NCBI GenBank assembly: GCA_002347965.1
Contig: DDYN01000031.1
Coordinates: forward strand, 20,177-84,176
Direction of reading: 5' to 3'
DNA: 64,000 nt
Origin: Nitrospirae bacterium UBA2233
GTDB lineage: Bacteria > UBA2233
Shown here in pieces: positions 20,360-30,411 of this stretch; within the stretch, counting starts at the first letter, position 1; every line of letters starts with the position of its first letter. The position numbers were made by a program, and so were the translations under genes. The notes beneath the pieces were generated by a model. The model had not been told where the DNA came from. It did not search any database and saw only the letters and a list, made by a program, of their open reading frames with translations.

Positions 20360-21679
20360 TCAGGAGCGTGACGGCGGGAACAGTTCGCGCCGAACGATCG
20401 TTTGGTGCCGCTGCGGCCCAGTCGAAAGGATTGCCACGGGTACGCCCGTTGCCTCTTCGATGCGGCCGATATAGCCCTTGAGTGCTTTGGGCAGCCCTTC
20501 GAACGTCTGGATCCCCTCCAGCGAAGACCCCCAACCGGGGAGCTCCTCGATTACGGGCTCGGAGGCCTGCAAAAACTTAACATCTGGGTTGAACGTCTTG
20601 GTCAGCGCCCCTTCGTAGCGGTATGCCGTAACAAGGCCGATCGTTTCGAACTCGTTCAACACATCTAGTTTCATGATGGCCAAGCCCGTCAAGGAATTGA
20701 CCTCGCAGGCATACTTGAGCGCTACAAGATCGAGGTATCCGCAACGCCTCGGCCTTCCCGTCGTAGCCCCGTACTCTCCACCGCGCTCACGGAGCCTGTC
20801 CCCTTCCTCCCCAAAAAGCTCGCTAGGAAACGGCCCTTCGCCCACGCGCGTCGTATAGGCCTTGGAAACGCCCAGAACGTCCGTAATCTTGGTCGGGCCT
20901 ATACCGCTACCCGCGCAGGCGTGTCCGGCAAGCGTATGCGACGCGGTAACGTAGGGGTAGGTTCCGAGCTCCACATCGAGGAGCGTTCCCTGAGCCCCCT
21001 CGAACAGGACATGCCTTCCCTCTTCAACAGCCTTGAAAAGCACGTGCGGAACGTGCGTTTCGATAAACGGGGCGAGCCTCTCACGCTGCTCAAGCAGGCC
21101 TTCTAAAATTTCTTGCGCATCCAGCTCGCGGGGTTCGTGGGCACCCTTGCCGAAATGTTCGAACAAAATCCGCTTCTCTTCGATCAAGTCGAGCAGCTTT
21201 TCTTTGAGTTGAGCAGGATACTGAAGGTCCTCCACGAGCACGGCCTTCCTTGCAGCCCTGTCCTCGTAGGCAGGCCCTATACCCCGCCCTGTCGTACCGA
21301 TCTTCTTGGCGCCTTTATGCTGCTCGCGGATCACGTCCAGGCGCTTGTGAAACGGAAGGATCAGCGCGGCCCTGGATGAAACCCTTAAATCTTGCGGCCC
21401 GACGGCGATGCCGAGCTTTGAGAGCGTGTCAATCTCCTCGAACAGCACCCCCAAGTCCACCACAACGCCGCTCGCGATCACAGACACCTTCCCCGGGTGG
21501 AGGATGCCGGACGGGAGCAGGTGGCAAACCACCCGCTTGCCTTCCACGACGATCGTATGGCCAGCGTTGTTCCCGCCTTGGAACCGAACGATACAATCGG
21601 CCCTAGAAGCGAGCATGTCGACGATCTTGCCCTTACCTTCGTCTCCCCATTGAGCGCCTACCACAACCAGGTTGGCCAT
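20360..21679 (-). CDS. purA: Adenylosuccinate synthetase
   Basis: GAQWGDEGKGK, GGNNAGHT, GTTGRGIGP, EGAQG and TTGRPRRCG. Confidence 0.98.
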   Translation of the reverse strand: MANLVVVGAQWGDEGKGKIVDMLASRADCIVRFQGGNNAGHTIVVEGKRVVCHLLPSGILHPGKVSVIASGVVVDLGVLFEEIDTLSKLGIAVGPQDLRVSSRAALILPFHKRLDVIREQHKGAKKIGTTGRGIGPAYEDRAARKAVLVEDLQYPAQLKEKLLDLIEEKRILFEHFGKGAHEPRELDAQEILEGLLEQRERLAPFIETHVPHVLFKAVEEGRHVLFEGAQGTLLDVELGTYPYVTASHTLAGHACAGSGIGPTKITDVLGVSKAYTTRVGEGPFPSELFGEEGDRLRERGGEYGATTGRPRRCGYLDLVALKYACEVNSLTGLAIMKLDVLNEFETIGLVTAYRYEGALTKTFNPDVKFLQASEPVIEELPGWGSSLEGIQTFEGLPKALKGYIGRIEEATGVPVAILSTGPQRHQTIVRRELFPPSRS

Positions 21680-21704
21680 CACATTCTCCTCAAAAGTTGG
21701 CAGG

Positions 21705-22703
21705 TTAACGCCGAACCTCCATGATGGCGCTGAGCTTGAACCCAGCACCGACCGCCGGCACGTTTGTTTCAAAAACGGAAAAAAGCTGGTCGTAGCGGCC
21801 GCCCAAGGCAATCAGCTGAGGAAAGCCCTCCGCATAGACCTCGAAGAACAGCCCTGTATAGTAGGCGTGCTTCGGAGTGGCACCATAGTCTAGCTCGATG
21901 CATGCCTCAGCTTCGGGAAGGACGTCTTCTAATGCCTTAAAGAGCCCCTCGACCCGCAGAAGGCTCTTTTGAAGCGGCCTCCAGGGGGAGGGAAAATCCC
22001 GTCCTTTGAGCGCATCCCTGGAGCTTACGAAGAAAGGCAGGTTAATGAGAGTACCCTTAGTTTCCTGGTCTACAGGAAGCTTCTCGACGATCACCTCGAG
22101 AGCCTCAAGATTCCTTTGACGCCACGCACACCAGAACGCATGGCGGGTAGTGCTATCTTGAAAAGGAAGCGCAAGAAGGGACCTAACGAAAGCGGCATCC
22201 CCTATGTACACCTTGAAACGCTTAAAACCCATGGCTTTTAAGGAGAGACAAACCGCCCCTAGGACCTCTGCATCAGCCCTGATCCCTGCCTCGCCGATCA
22301 GCTCGGCCCCGCCTTGGTGCTCCTCGAGCCTCGAGCCGCCCCCATCATGGCCAAACGTGGGTCCTAAATAAAGCAAACGCATAGGAAGCTGGACGAATTT
22401 CAGGCGAGAGGCTACAAGCCTCGCTATTTGCGGGGTAAAGTCCTGCCTTAGCGCAAGCAGCCTTCCCGTGACTGGCTCCAAGAAGCCAAAGATGCCCGCG
22501 GGCAACTCGTCTTTGCGAGCATCGGTCAGGAAAGTGTCGAGGTATTCAATTGTCGGAAGAACGACCTCTTGGTATCCTAACCGGCCGAAATCCTGCCTGA
22601 TCGCGCCTTCCAATTCCCGCAACCCCTTCGCTCCTTCGGGCAAGAGATCGCAAACCCCCTCGGGCAGCAAAGGAACAAGCCTGGCAGGCTGAGACCCGCT
22701 CAT
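21705..22703 (-). CDS. hisZ: ATP phosphoribosyltransferase regulatory subunit
   Basis: PEGVCDLLP, LRQDFTPQIAR, GAELIG, YYTG..F and GGRYD; HisRS-like without the anticodon domain; upstream of purA. Confidence 0.9.
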   Translation of the reverse strand: MSGSQPARLVPLLPEGVCDLLPEGAKGLRELEGAIRQDFGRLGYQEVVLPTIEYLDTFLTDARKDELPAGIFGFLEPVTGRLLALRQDFTPQIARLVASRLKFVQLPMRLLYLGPTFGHDGGGSRLEEHQGGAELIGEAGIRADAEVLGAVCLSLKAMGFKRFKVYIGDAAFVRSLLALPFQDSTTRHAFWCAWRQRNLEALEVIVEKLPVDQETKGTLINLPFFVSSRDALKGRDFPSPWRPLQKSLLRVEGLFKALEDVLPEAEACIELDYGATPKHAYYTGLFFEVYAEGFPQLIALGGRYDQLFSVFETNVPAVGAGFKLSAIMEVRR

Positions 22704-24304
22704 TTAAAGCGGACAACCTTGGCCCGGATGATGTCGGGCATCTGCCGGATCCTTTCGAGCAAATGAGCCGGAATATCGTTGTCGACGTGGTAGAGCGCGT
22801 ATGCCCGGCCGCCGCTTTCCTCCCTTCCCAGCATAAGGCCCGCGATATTAACGCTTTCCTTCCCGAGCTCCGAACCGATTCTACCGACAACACCCGGCAC
22901 GTCGCGGTTTTCTAGGAATAGAATGAACCCGGCCGGGGAAAATTCTAGCTGAAACTCTCCCATGCGCACAACCCGGGGGTTGTTTTTGCCGAACACGGTC
23001 CCTTCTGCGCGAAATTCCCGGGAACCGTCCCGGACGTTCACGGCGATCAGGCTCGTGTATTCCGTGCTCTGCGAGTTGCTCGCTTCGACGACCTCGATGC
23101 CGCGTTCTTTGGCTAGATAAGGCGCGCTCACCTCGTTGACCTTCTCGCCGAGCATGAACCCAAGGAATGTCTTAAGAAACGCGGAAGTCAGGATGGCTAC
23201 GGGCATGGAGGCAAGCTCGCCCCTGTATTCGAGCCTAACGCTTTGGACAGGCCCTTCCCACAATTGGCCCATGAGCTCGCCAAGCTTGACGGAAAGCCCC
23301 TGAAAAGGCTCGATGCGCAGGGCGACCTCCGGAGGGACGGCTGGGAAGTTCACGGCGTTGCGCAAAATCCCCTTCTCGAGGTAATCGGCGATCTGCTGGG
23401 CGATCCCTAACGCTACGTTACGCTGGGCCTCCTTCGTCGCAGCCCCGATGTGGGGGGTCATGACCACGTTGTCCATCGACCGGAAAGGGTGCTCCTTGGG
23501 AAGCGGCTCTTGCTCGAACACGTCCATCCCGGCTCCGGCGACGATCCCCTCTTCAAGCGCCCAAAGAAGGTCTTTTTCGACGACGATCCCGCCGCGGGCC
23601 GCGTTGATCAGGAGGACCCCGCGCTTCATGCGTTCAAAAGCGCTCCTGGCGATGAGCCCGCGCGTTGCGTCCGTCATGGGGGTATGAATCGTGATTACAT
23701 CGGACCTGGAAAGAAGCGTGTCCAGGTCTACGAGCGTTGCGTTGTAGGGTCTAGCCAGGTCTTGGGTAAGATAAGGGTCGAAGGCTATCACCTCCATCCC
23801 AAACCCGGAAGCCTTCGTGGCGACGATCTTCCCGATATTGCCCAACCCTACGATACCCAGCGTCTTTTGCTCGAGCTCGACGCCAAGAAAGCGGCTCTTG
23901 TCCCAAAGCCCGGAATGCATGGACATGTTGGCCTGAGGAATGTTCTTGGCCAGGGCAAGAAGGAGCGCGAGCGCATGCTCTGCAGTCGTGGTCGTGTTCT
24001 CGGAGGGGGTGTTCATCACGAGTATACCCCGCCTCGTAGCTTCGGCCATGTCGATGTTGTCTACTCCAATCCCTGCCCTTCCTATCAGCTTGAGCCTGGG
24101 AGCGTGTTCGAGAAGCTCTTTGTCCACCTTCGTGGCGCTTCTTACGACGAGCGCGTCCACGTTGGCGATTTTCTCCTTAAGCTCCTCCCGAGAGAGCTTC
24201 TTGATCGCCTCGGTACGGAGCACATCCGAGCCCTTAAGAATCTCGATTCCGCTCTCTTCAAGCCCGTCCAAAACAAGAACGTTCCATGTTGGCATGCTGG
24301 CCAC
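22700..24304 (-). CDS. serA: D-3-phosphoglycerate dehydrogenase (long form with ASB/ACT domains)
   Basis: GRAGIGVDNID, GLGNIG, NAARGG, TPHIGA and NRDVPGVVG. Confidence 0.96.
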   Translation of the reverse strand: MASMPTWNVLVLDGLEESGIEILKGSDVLRTEAIKKLSREELKEKIANVDALVVRSATKVDKELLEHAPRLKLIGRAGIGVDNIDMAEATRRGILVMNTPSENTTTTAEHALALLLALAKNIPQANMSMHSGLWDKSRFLGVELEQKTLGIVGLGNIGKIVATKASGFGMEVIAFDPYLTQDLARPYNATLVDLDTLLSRSDVITIHTPMTDATRGLIARSAFERMKRGVLLINAARGGIVVEKDLLWALEEGIVAGAGMDVFEQEPLPKEHPFRSMDNVVMTPHIGAATKEAQRNVALGIAQQIADYLEKGILRNAVNFPAVPPEVALRIEPFQGLSVKLGELMGQLWEGPVQSVRLEYRGELASMPVAILTSAFLKTFLGFMLGEKVNEVSAPYLAKERGIEVVEASNSQSTEYTSLIAVNVRDGSREFRAEGTVFGKNNPRVVRMGEFQLEFSPAGFILFLENRDVPGVVGRIGSELGKESVNIAGLMLGREESGGRAYALYHVDNDIPAHLLERIRQMPDIIRAKVVRFK

Positions 24305-24329
24305 CTTGTTTGTATGTTTATTCCCCCAC

Positions 24330-25496
24330 CTACACCTCTTTCAGGAAGCCTGCCTCAAGAAAGGCCTGCTCCGCAATCCCTACGGCCTTTCCGGGCTCAA
24401 CGCGTACACCGAAGCGCGCAAGGCCAAGCTCCAGGGCTGCAATGGCAAGTAGCGTATCCAACTCTGAAAGGTAGCCTATGTGGGCCATTCGTACGACCTT
24501 GCCCTTAAACTTGTCCTGCCCTCCTGCGAACGTAATGCCCGCTTGGTCCCTAAGCGCCTTTACGAGTTTTTCGCCTGGCACGCCATCCGGAAGAATAACG
24601 CCCGTAAGCGCGGGGCTCGGCGCATCTTTGGCTAGCAACTCCAGACCAACCCCCTCAAAGGCGAGCCTTGTGGCCGTCGAAAGCAGGGCCGTGTGGGCAA
24701 ACAACGCTTCAAGCCCTTTTTGGCGGATATGCTCGAGAGCCACCCTAAGGCCGATAACGAGCGATACGGCCGGCGTATAGGCGCTCGTACGGTCTTTAAG
24801 CGCCTTTCTTTCTTTGGCCAGGTTAAAATAATAGCGGGGAAGGTCGGACCGCTTGTTCCTCGCCCACGCCTTTTCCGAAAGTGCAATAAAGGCAAGACCC
24901 GGCGGAATCATGAATGCCTTCTGGGAGCCGGACAAAAGAACGTCGAGTTTGAGCGTATCGAAGGGAATGTCGAACACGCCCACGCCCGTGATGCCGTCGA
25001 CTATCAGCAGCGTGTCCTCCTTTGGGGAGACGATTTTGGCCAGCTCCTCGATCGGGTGGCGGACTGCGGTCGATGTCTCCGTCGCCTGAACGAGCACTCC
25101 TTTGATGTCCGGCTCAACTCTAAGCGCCTCTTCGACCTGGCCGGGGTCTACAGCCTTCCCCCACTCGACGTCGATACAAACAACCTCCAGGCCGTAGGCC
25201 TTGGCGATGTCCCTCCATCGTTCGCCGAACTTCCCGCCGACAACGGCTAGAACTTTCTCCCCTTTAGCAAAAAGGTTGCTGATGGAGGCTTCCATCGCGC
25301 CCGTCCCCGAGCTTGACAGAATAAGCACGTCCTCTTTGGTTTGGAACAGGAATTTCAGCCCCTCTGCCGCTTCCTCGAAGATTTTGCTGAACTCCGGCGT
25401 CCTGTGGTGCACGAGGCTTTTTGCCATGGCAAGCATGGCGTCGTCCATCGTCTGCGTCGGCCCGGGGGAGAACAGGTAGTTCTTCTTAATAAACAT
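24330..25496 (-). CDS. Class V PLP aminotransferase (serine-pyruvate/AGT-like; probable SerC substitute)
   Basis: PGPT, SSGTGAMEA, ETST and SGSQKAF (PLP Lys); adjacent to serA. Confidence 0.88.
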   Translation of the reverse strand: MFIKKNYLFSPGPTQTMDDAMLAMAKSLVHHRTPEFSKIFEEAAEGLKFLFQTKEDVLILSSSGTGAMEASISNLFAKGEKVLAVVGGKFGERWRDIAKAYGLEVVCIDVEWGKAVDPGQVEEALRVEPDIKGVLVQATETSTAVRHPIEELAKIVSPKEDTLLIVDGITGVGVFDIPFDTLKLDVLLSGSQKAFMIPPGLAFIALSEKAWARNKRSDLPRYYFNLAKERKALKDRTSAYTPAVSLVIGLRVALEHIRQKGLEALFAHTALLSTATRLAFEGVGLELLAKDAPSPALTGVILPDGVPGEKLVKALRDQAGITFAGGQDKFKGKVVRMAHIGYLSELDTLLAIAALELGLARFGVRVEPGKAVGIAEQAFLEAGFLKEV

Positions 25497-25529
25497 GCAC
25501 GCATCTCCTTTTTTGGGAGTTTTCTGGTT

Positions 25530-27029
25530 TTAGAAGCACGTAGAAGAAGAAGCTGGAATGGCCCGATCATGCGCCCATTTCTTGATTGCCTTGATCTGCT
25601 CGAACATCGTGACGGAAAGCGGCACGAAGGAGCCGATCGAACGGTATATGTCGGCCTCGGAAACCTCCCTAGCCTCCGCAAGCCCTTCGATAAGGGCCTG
25701 CTTGACCACCTGCTCGATCTCCGCCCCGCTGAACCCCTTTCCCGCCTCGGCAAGGTTCTCCGCATCAAACCCTGATGGGTTTATGCCAAACCGCTCGAGC
25801 TGGATGCGGAAAATTTCCTTTCGTTCTGCAAAATCCGGCAGATCGAGGAAAAAGACGTCATCAAACCGGCCCCGCCTCAGGATTTCCGCGGGCAACATCA
25901 TGATCCTGTTTGCCGTTGCCACGACAAAGATCCGGGAGCGTCGTTCCTGCATCCACGTAAGAAAGCTCGCCGAAATGCGGGATGAGGAAGACCCGCCCGC
26001 GTCAATCCCCGAGACGAACCCTTTTTCAATCTCATCCACCCACAGGACGCAGGGTTCGAGGTTCTCCAGCTCATCGATCGTCCTAAGAAACACCGTATCG
26101 GGGCTATCCTGATCGCTTTGCTGCGCAAACAACGCCGACAACTCGAGCCTCAAGAGCGGAAGCTCGAAGATGCCCGCGGCAACCTTGGCACAAAGACTCT
26201 TTCCCGTCCCTGCAACGCCCATGAGTAGAACCCCCTTTGGGACAAGAAACTCCCCCGCCGCCTCGGGAGGATGAAAAAACAACGGCCTCCTTTTCACGAG
26301 CCAGCCTTTAAAGCGGTCCAAACCGCCGACTTTCGAGAGGTCGACGTCCGGTTCGACATAACTGAGCGCACCCGACCTTTTGAACACCCGAACCTTCTCT
26401 CTGGCCAACGTCTGGAGAAACGCCGCCTTTGTCTTCCCCGTTGAGAGCGCCAGCCGAAAGGCCAAAAGCGCCTCATGCTCCAACAGTCCTTTCAACACCA
26501 AGCAGGCTTGCCTCTTAGCGTCTTCATCGAGCACTGCTACCAAAGGGTTGGCCGCATTCTCGCCGCTTAGGACGTCTTCAAGAAGGCGCAAAAGCTCCTG
26601 CACCCCGGGCGAGGGAAGAAGCGCCGGAACGGCAAACCGCTCCAACTCTCTGGGCGGATGCTGGAGATCGGACACGACAATGAGCGATTTTTTCTTGGAT
26701 AGCAGCTCCGGGTATGCGCTTCGAACGCGCAGGGCCCAACCAAGAAGGTCTTTCCTGTCCGGCCCGAGGACGACCAGCACGCTGGCCTCGGGATGTCCAA
26801 AAAACCCCTCGAGCACCTCCTCAAACCCGGACACGGAACCGCAGTCTTGGTGGGCATACCTAAGCGTCCCGCCCAACGGCTCGTAGGTCCAGAAAGCACA
26901 GCTTGACCCGATGAGCCGCAGGGCCCTCTGTTCTTCCAGCGTGAAGACCCATACCAACGGGTGGCCAGCCCCTAGAAGCTCCCCGAGCTTCTGAATAAAT
27001 TCCTCGCTACCTTGAGCTAAGATTCTCAT
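25530..27029 (-). CDS. Ycf46-like AAA+ ATPase (start ATG 27029)
   Basis: VGGLDRFKGWL, Walker A GVAGTGKS, Walker B WVDEIEK, FLTWMQE and RRGRFD; degenerate N-terminal module. Confidence 0.85.
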   Translation of the reverse strand: MRILAQGSEEFIQKLGELLGAGHPLVWVFTLEEQRALRLIGSSCAFWTYEPLGGTLRYAHQDCGSVSGFEEVLEGFFGHPEASVLVVLGPDRKDLLGWALRVRSAYPELLSKKKSLIVVSDLQHPPRELERFAVPALLPSPGVQELLRLLEDVLSGENAANPLVAVLDEDAKRQACLVLKGLLEHEALLAFRLALSTGKTKAAFLQTLAREKVRVFKRSGALSYVEPDVDLSKVGGLDRFKGWLVKRRPLFFHPPEAAGEFLVPKGVLLMGVAGTGKSLCAKVAAGIFELPLLRLELSALFAQQSDQDSPDTVFLRTIDELENLEPCVLWVDEIEKGFVSGIDAGGSSSSRISASFLTWMQERRSRIFVVATANRIMMLPAEILRRGRFDDVFFLDLPDFAERKEIFRIQLERFGINPSGFDAENLAEAGKGFSGAEIEQVVKQALIEGLAEAREVSEADIYRSIGSFVPLSVTMFEQIKAIKKWAHDRAIPASSSTCF

Positions 27030-27114
27030 GGTTCCCTCTGTTTCTATCCTATACCTACGCCTCGTCGTATAGGCAAAAAAACCGGCCCATGAACCGCGAA
27101 AATGCCGTCTTTCA

Positions 27115-27142
27115 TGGTACAATGAACGCCAGGTTGTTCATT
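27115..27142 (+). promoter_or_regulatory. Extended -10 promoter with an overlapping inverted repeat, upstream of DGC-alr
   Basis: TGG-TACAAT (27115-27123) and AATGAAC-N8-GTTCATT (27121-27142). Confidence 0.45.
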
Positions 27143-27157
27143 TCGGGTCGAAAAGCT

Positions 27158-29389
27158 ATGACCTATGCCTTCCTTCGAAGTGTTCGGTCTAGACTGCTGA
27201 TGGCATTCTTGCTGACCGCGGCAACCCCCCTTTTGTTGCTGAGCATCCTTTTTTACGCCGGCTTCAAAGAAGAGATGCAAGCCATCCAAACCGACACCCG
27301 CAGGCAGGTTTGGGATAGTTTGACCGAACGCGCCCATGAAAGCGTTGAATCCGCCCAGCGGCTCGCACAGACAAAGCTTCTTTATTGGCGAGAAAGGCTG
27401 GAAGCGATCGCATCGCTCGCAAGCAACATTTACCTCCACCCGAAAAACTACAAAAGAGTGCCTCTCTTATGGAGCCCCCTTGACTTTTTCTTCTCGAGTA
27501 ACGAGGGTAACCCCGATGTCGGCCTCATTTACTCCCCATCCTCCAAGAACATCCTTTCTCCCTCCCACTTCTCTAGATTCTCCTACGTTGCCCCCCTTTT
27601 GGCAAGCGTCTATGAAGGCGGAGATATTCAAAACGTCTGGATAGTGCTAAAAAACCGGGCATACATCATCTACCCCGGTGTAAACCACGAGCGGCTTGCT
27701 AAAGAGGGGAAATTGGACCTCAAGACGATTACAACCCCTGAACCTTCGGGCGCTATCACCGATTTTTCCGAAGGTGAGAGCGCACGACTAGACCCAGTTT
27801 ACCTCGATGTTTACGGGGGCGGTTACCTCTCCTGTTTTCGCGTTCCGATTCGTTCGGCTAACAAAACTCTAGGGGCCGTTGCGATCGACATCGTGCCGGA
27901 AAAGCTCCTGGAGGCGTTCGACGTCGAGATGCTGATCGACCCAAAAGGCCATATTATTGCCAAAGGAAGGCCTGTCCGGGGAGGGGTGGACCCTTCTCTT
28001 CGCCGTAAAGCAGGAACACCGTTAACCCTTAAGGATTCCGGGCTCAAGCTTGTGGATGGGGTTAAATACCAACAGGGCCGATTCGTCGCTCTCAAGCCGC
28101 TAAAGGGGCTTGGAGCTGGATGGTGGGTTTCCAAGGTCGAGGACCCAAAGGCTCTGTCGAAAGGACTCTTTGACCCCACGTTCCTCAAACGCTCGAGAGA
28201 AAGGTTTTTAGCCTACATCCGGAACGTCTTCATCCTCGCGCTGTTCTTGTCTTTCGTACTGACGTTCACTATTAGCGGCCGCATTCTAGAGATGTTCGAG
28301 CGGATCCGAAGGAACCTCCTGCTTATCGCCGAGCGCAAGTTCGAAAGGGTACCCAGGTCCAAACAAGCCGGCCGGAAAGACGGGGATGAACTCTCTAAGC
28401 TTCTTGCCATTACTTCGGAGTGCGCGACCCTCATCTCTAAACAGATTCAAGACATCGAGGCTTTTTCAAGCCTCGATCCTTTAACCAGGCTGTTCAACCG
28501 TAGGCCCATCTACGCGATCATGGCATCAAAACCGAGAAAAGGCGCCATGGTCTTGCTAGACATCGACCACTTTAAGCACGTCAACGACACCTATGGGCAC
28601 GCGCTCGGCGATGCCGTGATCGAGCACATTGGCCAGGCTCTTCGGGCAAACACACGCGACGGCGACATGGCGGTTCGCTGGGGCGGGGAAGAATTCCTCG
28701 TTTACCTTCCGCGCACGACCAAAGAAGATGCCGCGCTCATCGCAGAAAGAATAAGACGCAAGGTGGCCCTAGATCCGGTCGAGGGCATTTTCGTCACGAT
28801 AAGCCTTGGCGTGGCGGATGGAACGCTCAGCCACCAGTTGATCAAACAAGCAGACGAGGCGCTGTACAAAGCCAAGCAGGCTGGAAGAAACTTGGTCATG
28901 GTCTACGAAGACGGCAATTTGCTCGAGGTTTCGAGGGCACTCCATAACATCTTGGTTTCTTCGGCCTACTTGCCCAAAAGGATAGGTGACGAACAAGGCA
29001 CCCCTAGGCCTTCCTTGTGGCTTCGAATTCCTGTAGTCTTTCAGCTTGGACAAGCACTATCCGTACTCAAAAAGCTGGGATACCGTCTAAACGTGATCAA
29101 CGGGGTTTTTCCGGACATACCTATTGAGCAGCTCAAACAAGGCCCATTTTTTTGTGAGCGATGCAACCAAGAAGGCTTAGGTGTAGGCGTTTTGCTCGTG
29201 GATAACGCCGGAGTCGTCTCTATGCCTAAGGGCTTCTCGCTTCAAAGCTGCGAGCCTCCAAGCCAGGACGGTTCGACGAACATTTTATTGATGAACATTT
29301 TAAAGGACATCCTCGAAGCCCACGGGTTCATCATGCCAAACCCAAGCCAGCCGTGGCACTTTGAGCTCCCCAACATGGATCAGCTCTAA
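27158..29389 (+). CDS. Membrane diguanylate cyclase (TM, Cache-like sensor, TM, HAMP-like linker, GGDEF) with a C-terminal degenerate VanX/DdpX-like domain
   Basis: Two TM segments; DPLTRLFNRR, LDIDHFKHVNDTYGH, RDGD I-site, RWGGEEF and ADEALYKAKQAGRN; the last ~155 aa resemble peptidase M15D. Confidence 0.88.
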   Translation: MTYAFLRSVRSRLLMAFLLTAATPLLLLSILFYAGFKEEMQAIQTDTRRQVWDSLTERAHESVESAQRLAQTKLLYWRERLEAIASLASNIYLHPKNYKRVPLLWSPLDFFFSSNEGNPDVGLIYSPSSKNILSPSHFSRFSYVAPLLASVYEGGDIQNVWIVLKNRAYIIYPGVNHERLAKEGKLDLKTITTPEPSGAITDFSEGESARLDPVYLDVYGGGYLSCFRVPIRSANKTLGAVAIDIVPEKLLEAFDVEMLIDPKGHIIAKGRPVRGGVDPSLRRKAGTPLTLKDSGLKLVDGVKYQQGRFVALKPLKGLGAGWWVSKVEDPKALSKGLFDPTFLKRSRERFLAYIRNVFILALFLSFVLTFTISGRILEMFERIRRNLLLIAERKFERVPRSKQAGRKDGDELSKLLAITSECATLISKQIQDIEAFSSLDPLTRLFNRRPIYAIMASKPRKGAMVLLDIDHFKHVNDTYGHALGDAVIEHIGQALRANTRDGDMAVRWGGEEFLVYLPRTTKEDAALIAERIRRKVALDPVEGIFVTISLGVADGTLSHQLIKQADEALYKAKQAGRNLVMVYEDGNLLEVSRALHNILVSSAYLPKRIGDEQGTPRPSLWLRIPVVFQLGQALSVLKKLGYRLNVINGVFPDIPIEQLKQGPFFCERCNQEGLGVGVLLVDNAGVVSMPKGFSLQSCEPPSQDGSTNILLMNILKDILEAHGFIMPNPSQPWHFELPNMDQL

Positions 29390-30411
29390 TGGCACGGCTT
29401 GTTCTGACCGTCAACCTTTGTACCGTAGCGGAGAATATAAGGCGGATCGCTCGCGCCACAGAGCGCCGGCTGATCGCCGTGCTGAAGGCCGACGCCTACG
29501 GCATGGGGGCAACAAGCCTGGCCCGCCAGCTCGAAGCAATGACGGAAGTGTTCGGCTTTGCCGTTTCGTGTCCGCTTGAAGGGGTCGTATTGCGGAAGGC
29601 TAAGATCGTCAAGCCCATCCTCGTGCTTACGGGAATCTTGCCTGGCGAGCTAAACTTAATCGAACGTTGGCGTCTTACCCCGGTTGTTTCGGACCCGGCG
29701 CATCTCCTTACGCTAAAAGACAGCACCCTCCCCTACCACGTCAAGTATGATACTGGAATGGGTAGGCTCGGTTTCTTGTCCCCTCAAAACCACGACCCTA
29801 GAATCTGCGGCGTCATGTCGCACCTTTCCTCGGCTGGCACGGATTCGGACTACACGAAAGAACAAATTGAGCGGTTCGAGGGCTTTTTAGGAGCACACGG
29901 CCCGCTTCCCTTCGTCCACCTGCAAAACTCCGCGGGTATCGCCTTCAAGGTACCTCGGGCAAACCTTGTACGCGTAGGGCTAGCGATGTTTGGCGAACAG
30001 CCTGCCGAGCCGTTCCCGGTGCAGCTCTCTTACGCCCTAGAACTCAAGGCTAGAGTCGTTTCGGTAAAGACGCTCGCCAAGGGCTCGAGCGTTTCCTACA
30101 ACCGCTCGTGCGTCCTTTCAGAAGACGTCCAGATTGCCGTGGTGAACATCGGTTATGCCGACGGGCTTACGAGGGCCCTGTCCAACAAGGGATTCTTGCT
30201 TGTGCATGGCAAGCCGGCCCGGGTCCTGGGGGACATTACGATGGACATGGTGCTTATCGATACAACGGGAATGGATGTGCGCGTGGGAGATTGGGTTGTC
30301 GTAGTCGACGCATCCCAAACTTTCGGAGCCCTGGCAAGGCTTGCAGGAACAATACCCTACGAGCTAATGTGCAACCTATCTTCAAGGACAAGGCGTGTCT
30401 ACAGGCGCTGA
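29389..30411 (+). CDS. alr: Alanine racemase (compact, 340 aa)
   Basis: AVLKADAYG (PLP Lys), KYDTGMGRLG, SHLS, VSYN, GYADG, TMDM and TIPYE. Confidence 0.96.
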   Translation: MARLVLTVNLCTVAENIRRIARATERRLIAVLKADAYGMGATSLARQLEAMTEVFGFAVSCPLEGVVLRKAKIVKPILVLTGILPGELNLIERWRLTPVVSDPAHLLTLKDSTLPYHVKYDTGMGRLGFLSPQNHDPRICGVMSHLSSAGTDSDYTKEQIERFEGFLGAHGPLPFVHLQNSAGIAFKVPRANLVRVGLAMFGEQPAEPFPVQLSYALELKARVVSVKTLAKGSSVSYNRSCVLSEDVQIAVVNIGYADGLTRALSNKGFLLVHGKPARVLGDITMDMVLIDTTGMDVRVGDWVVVVDASQTFGALARLAGTIPYELMCNLSSRTRRVYRR

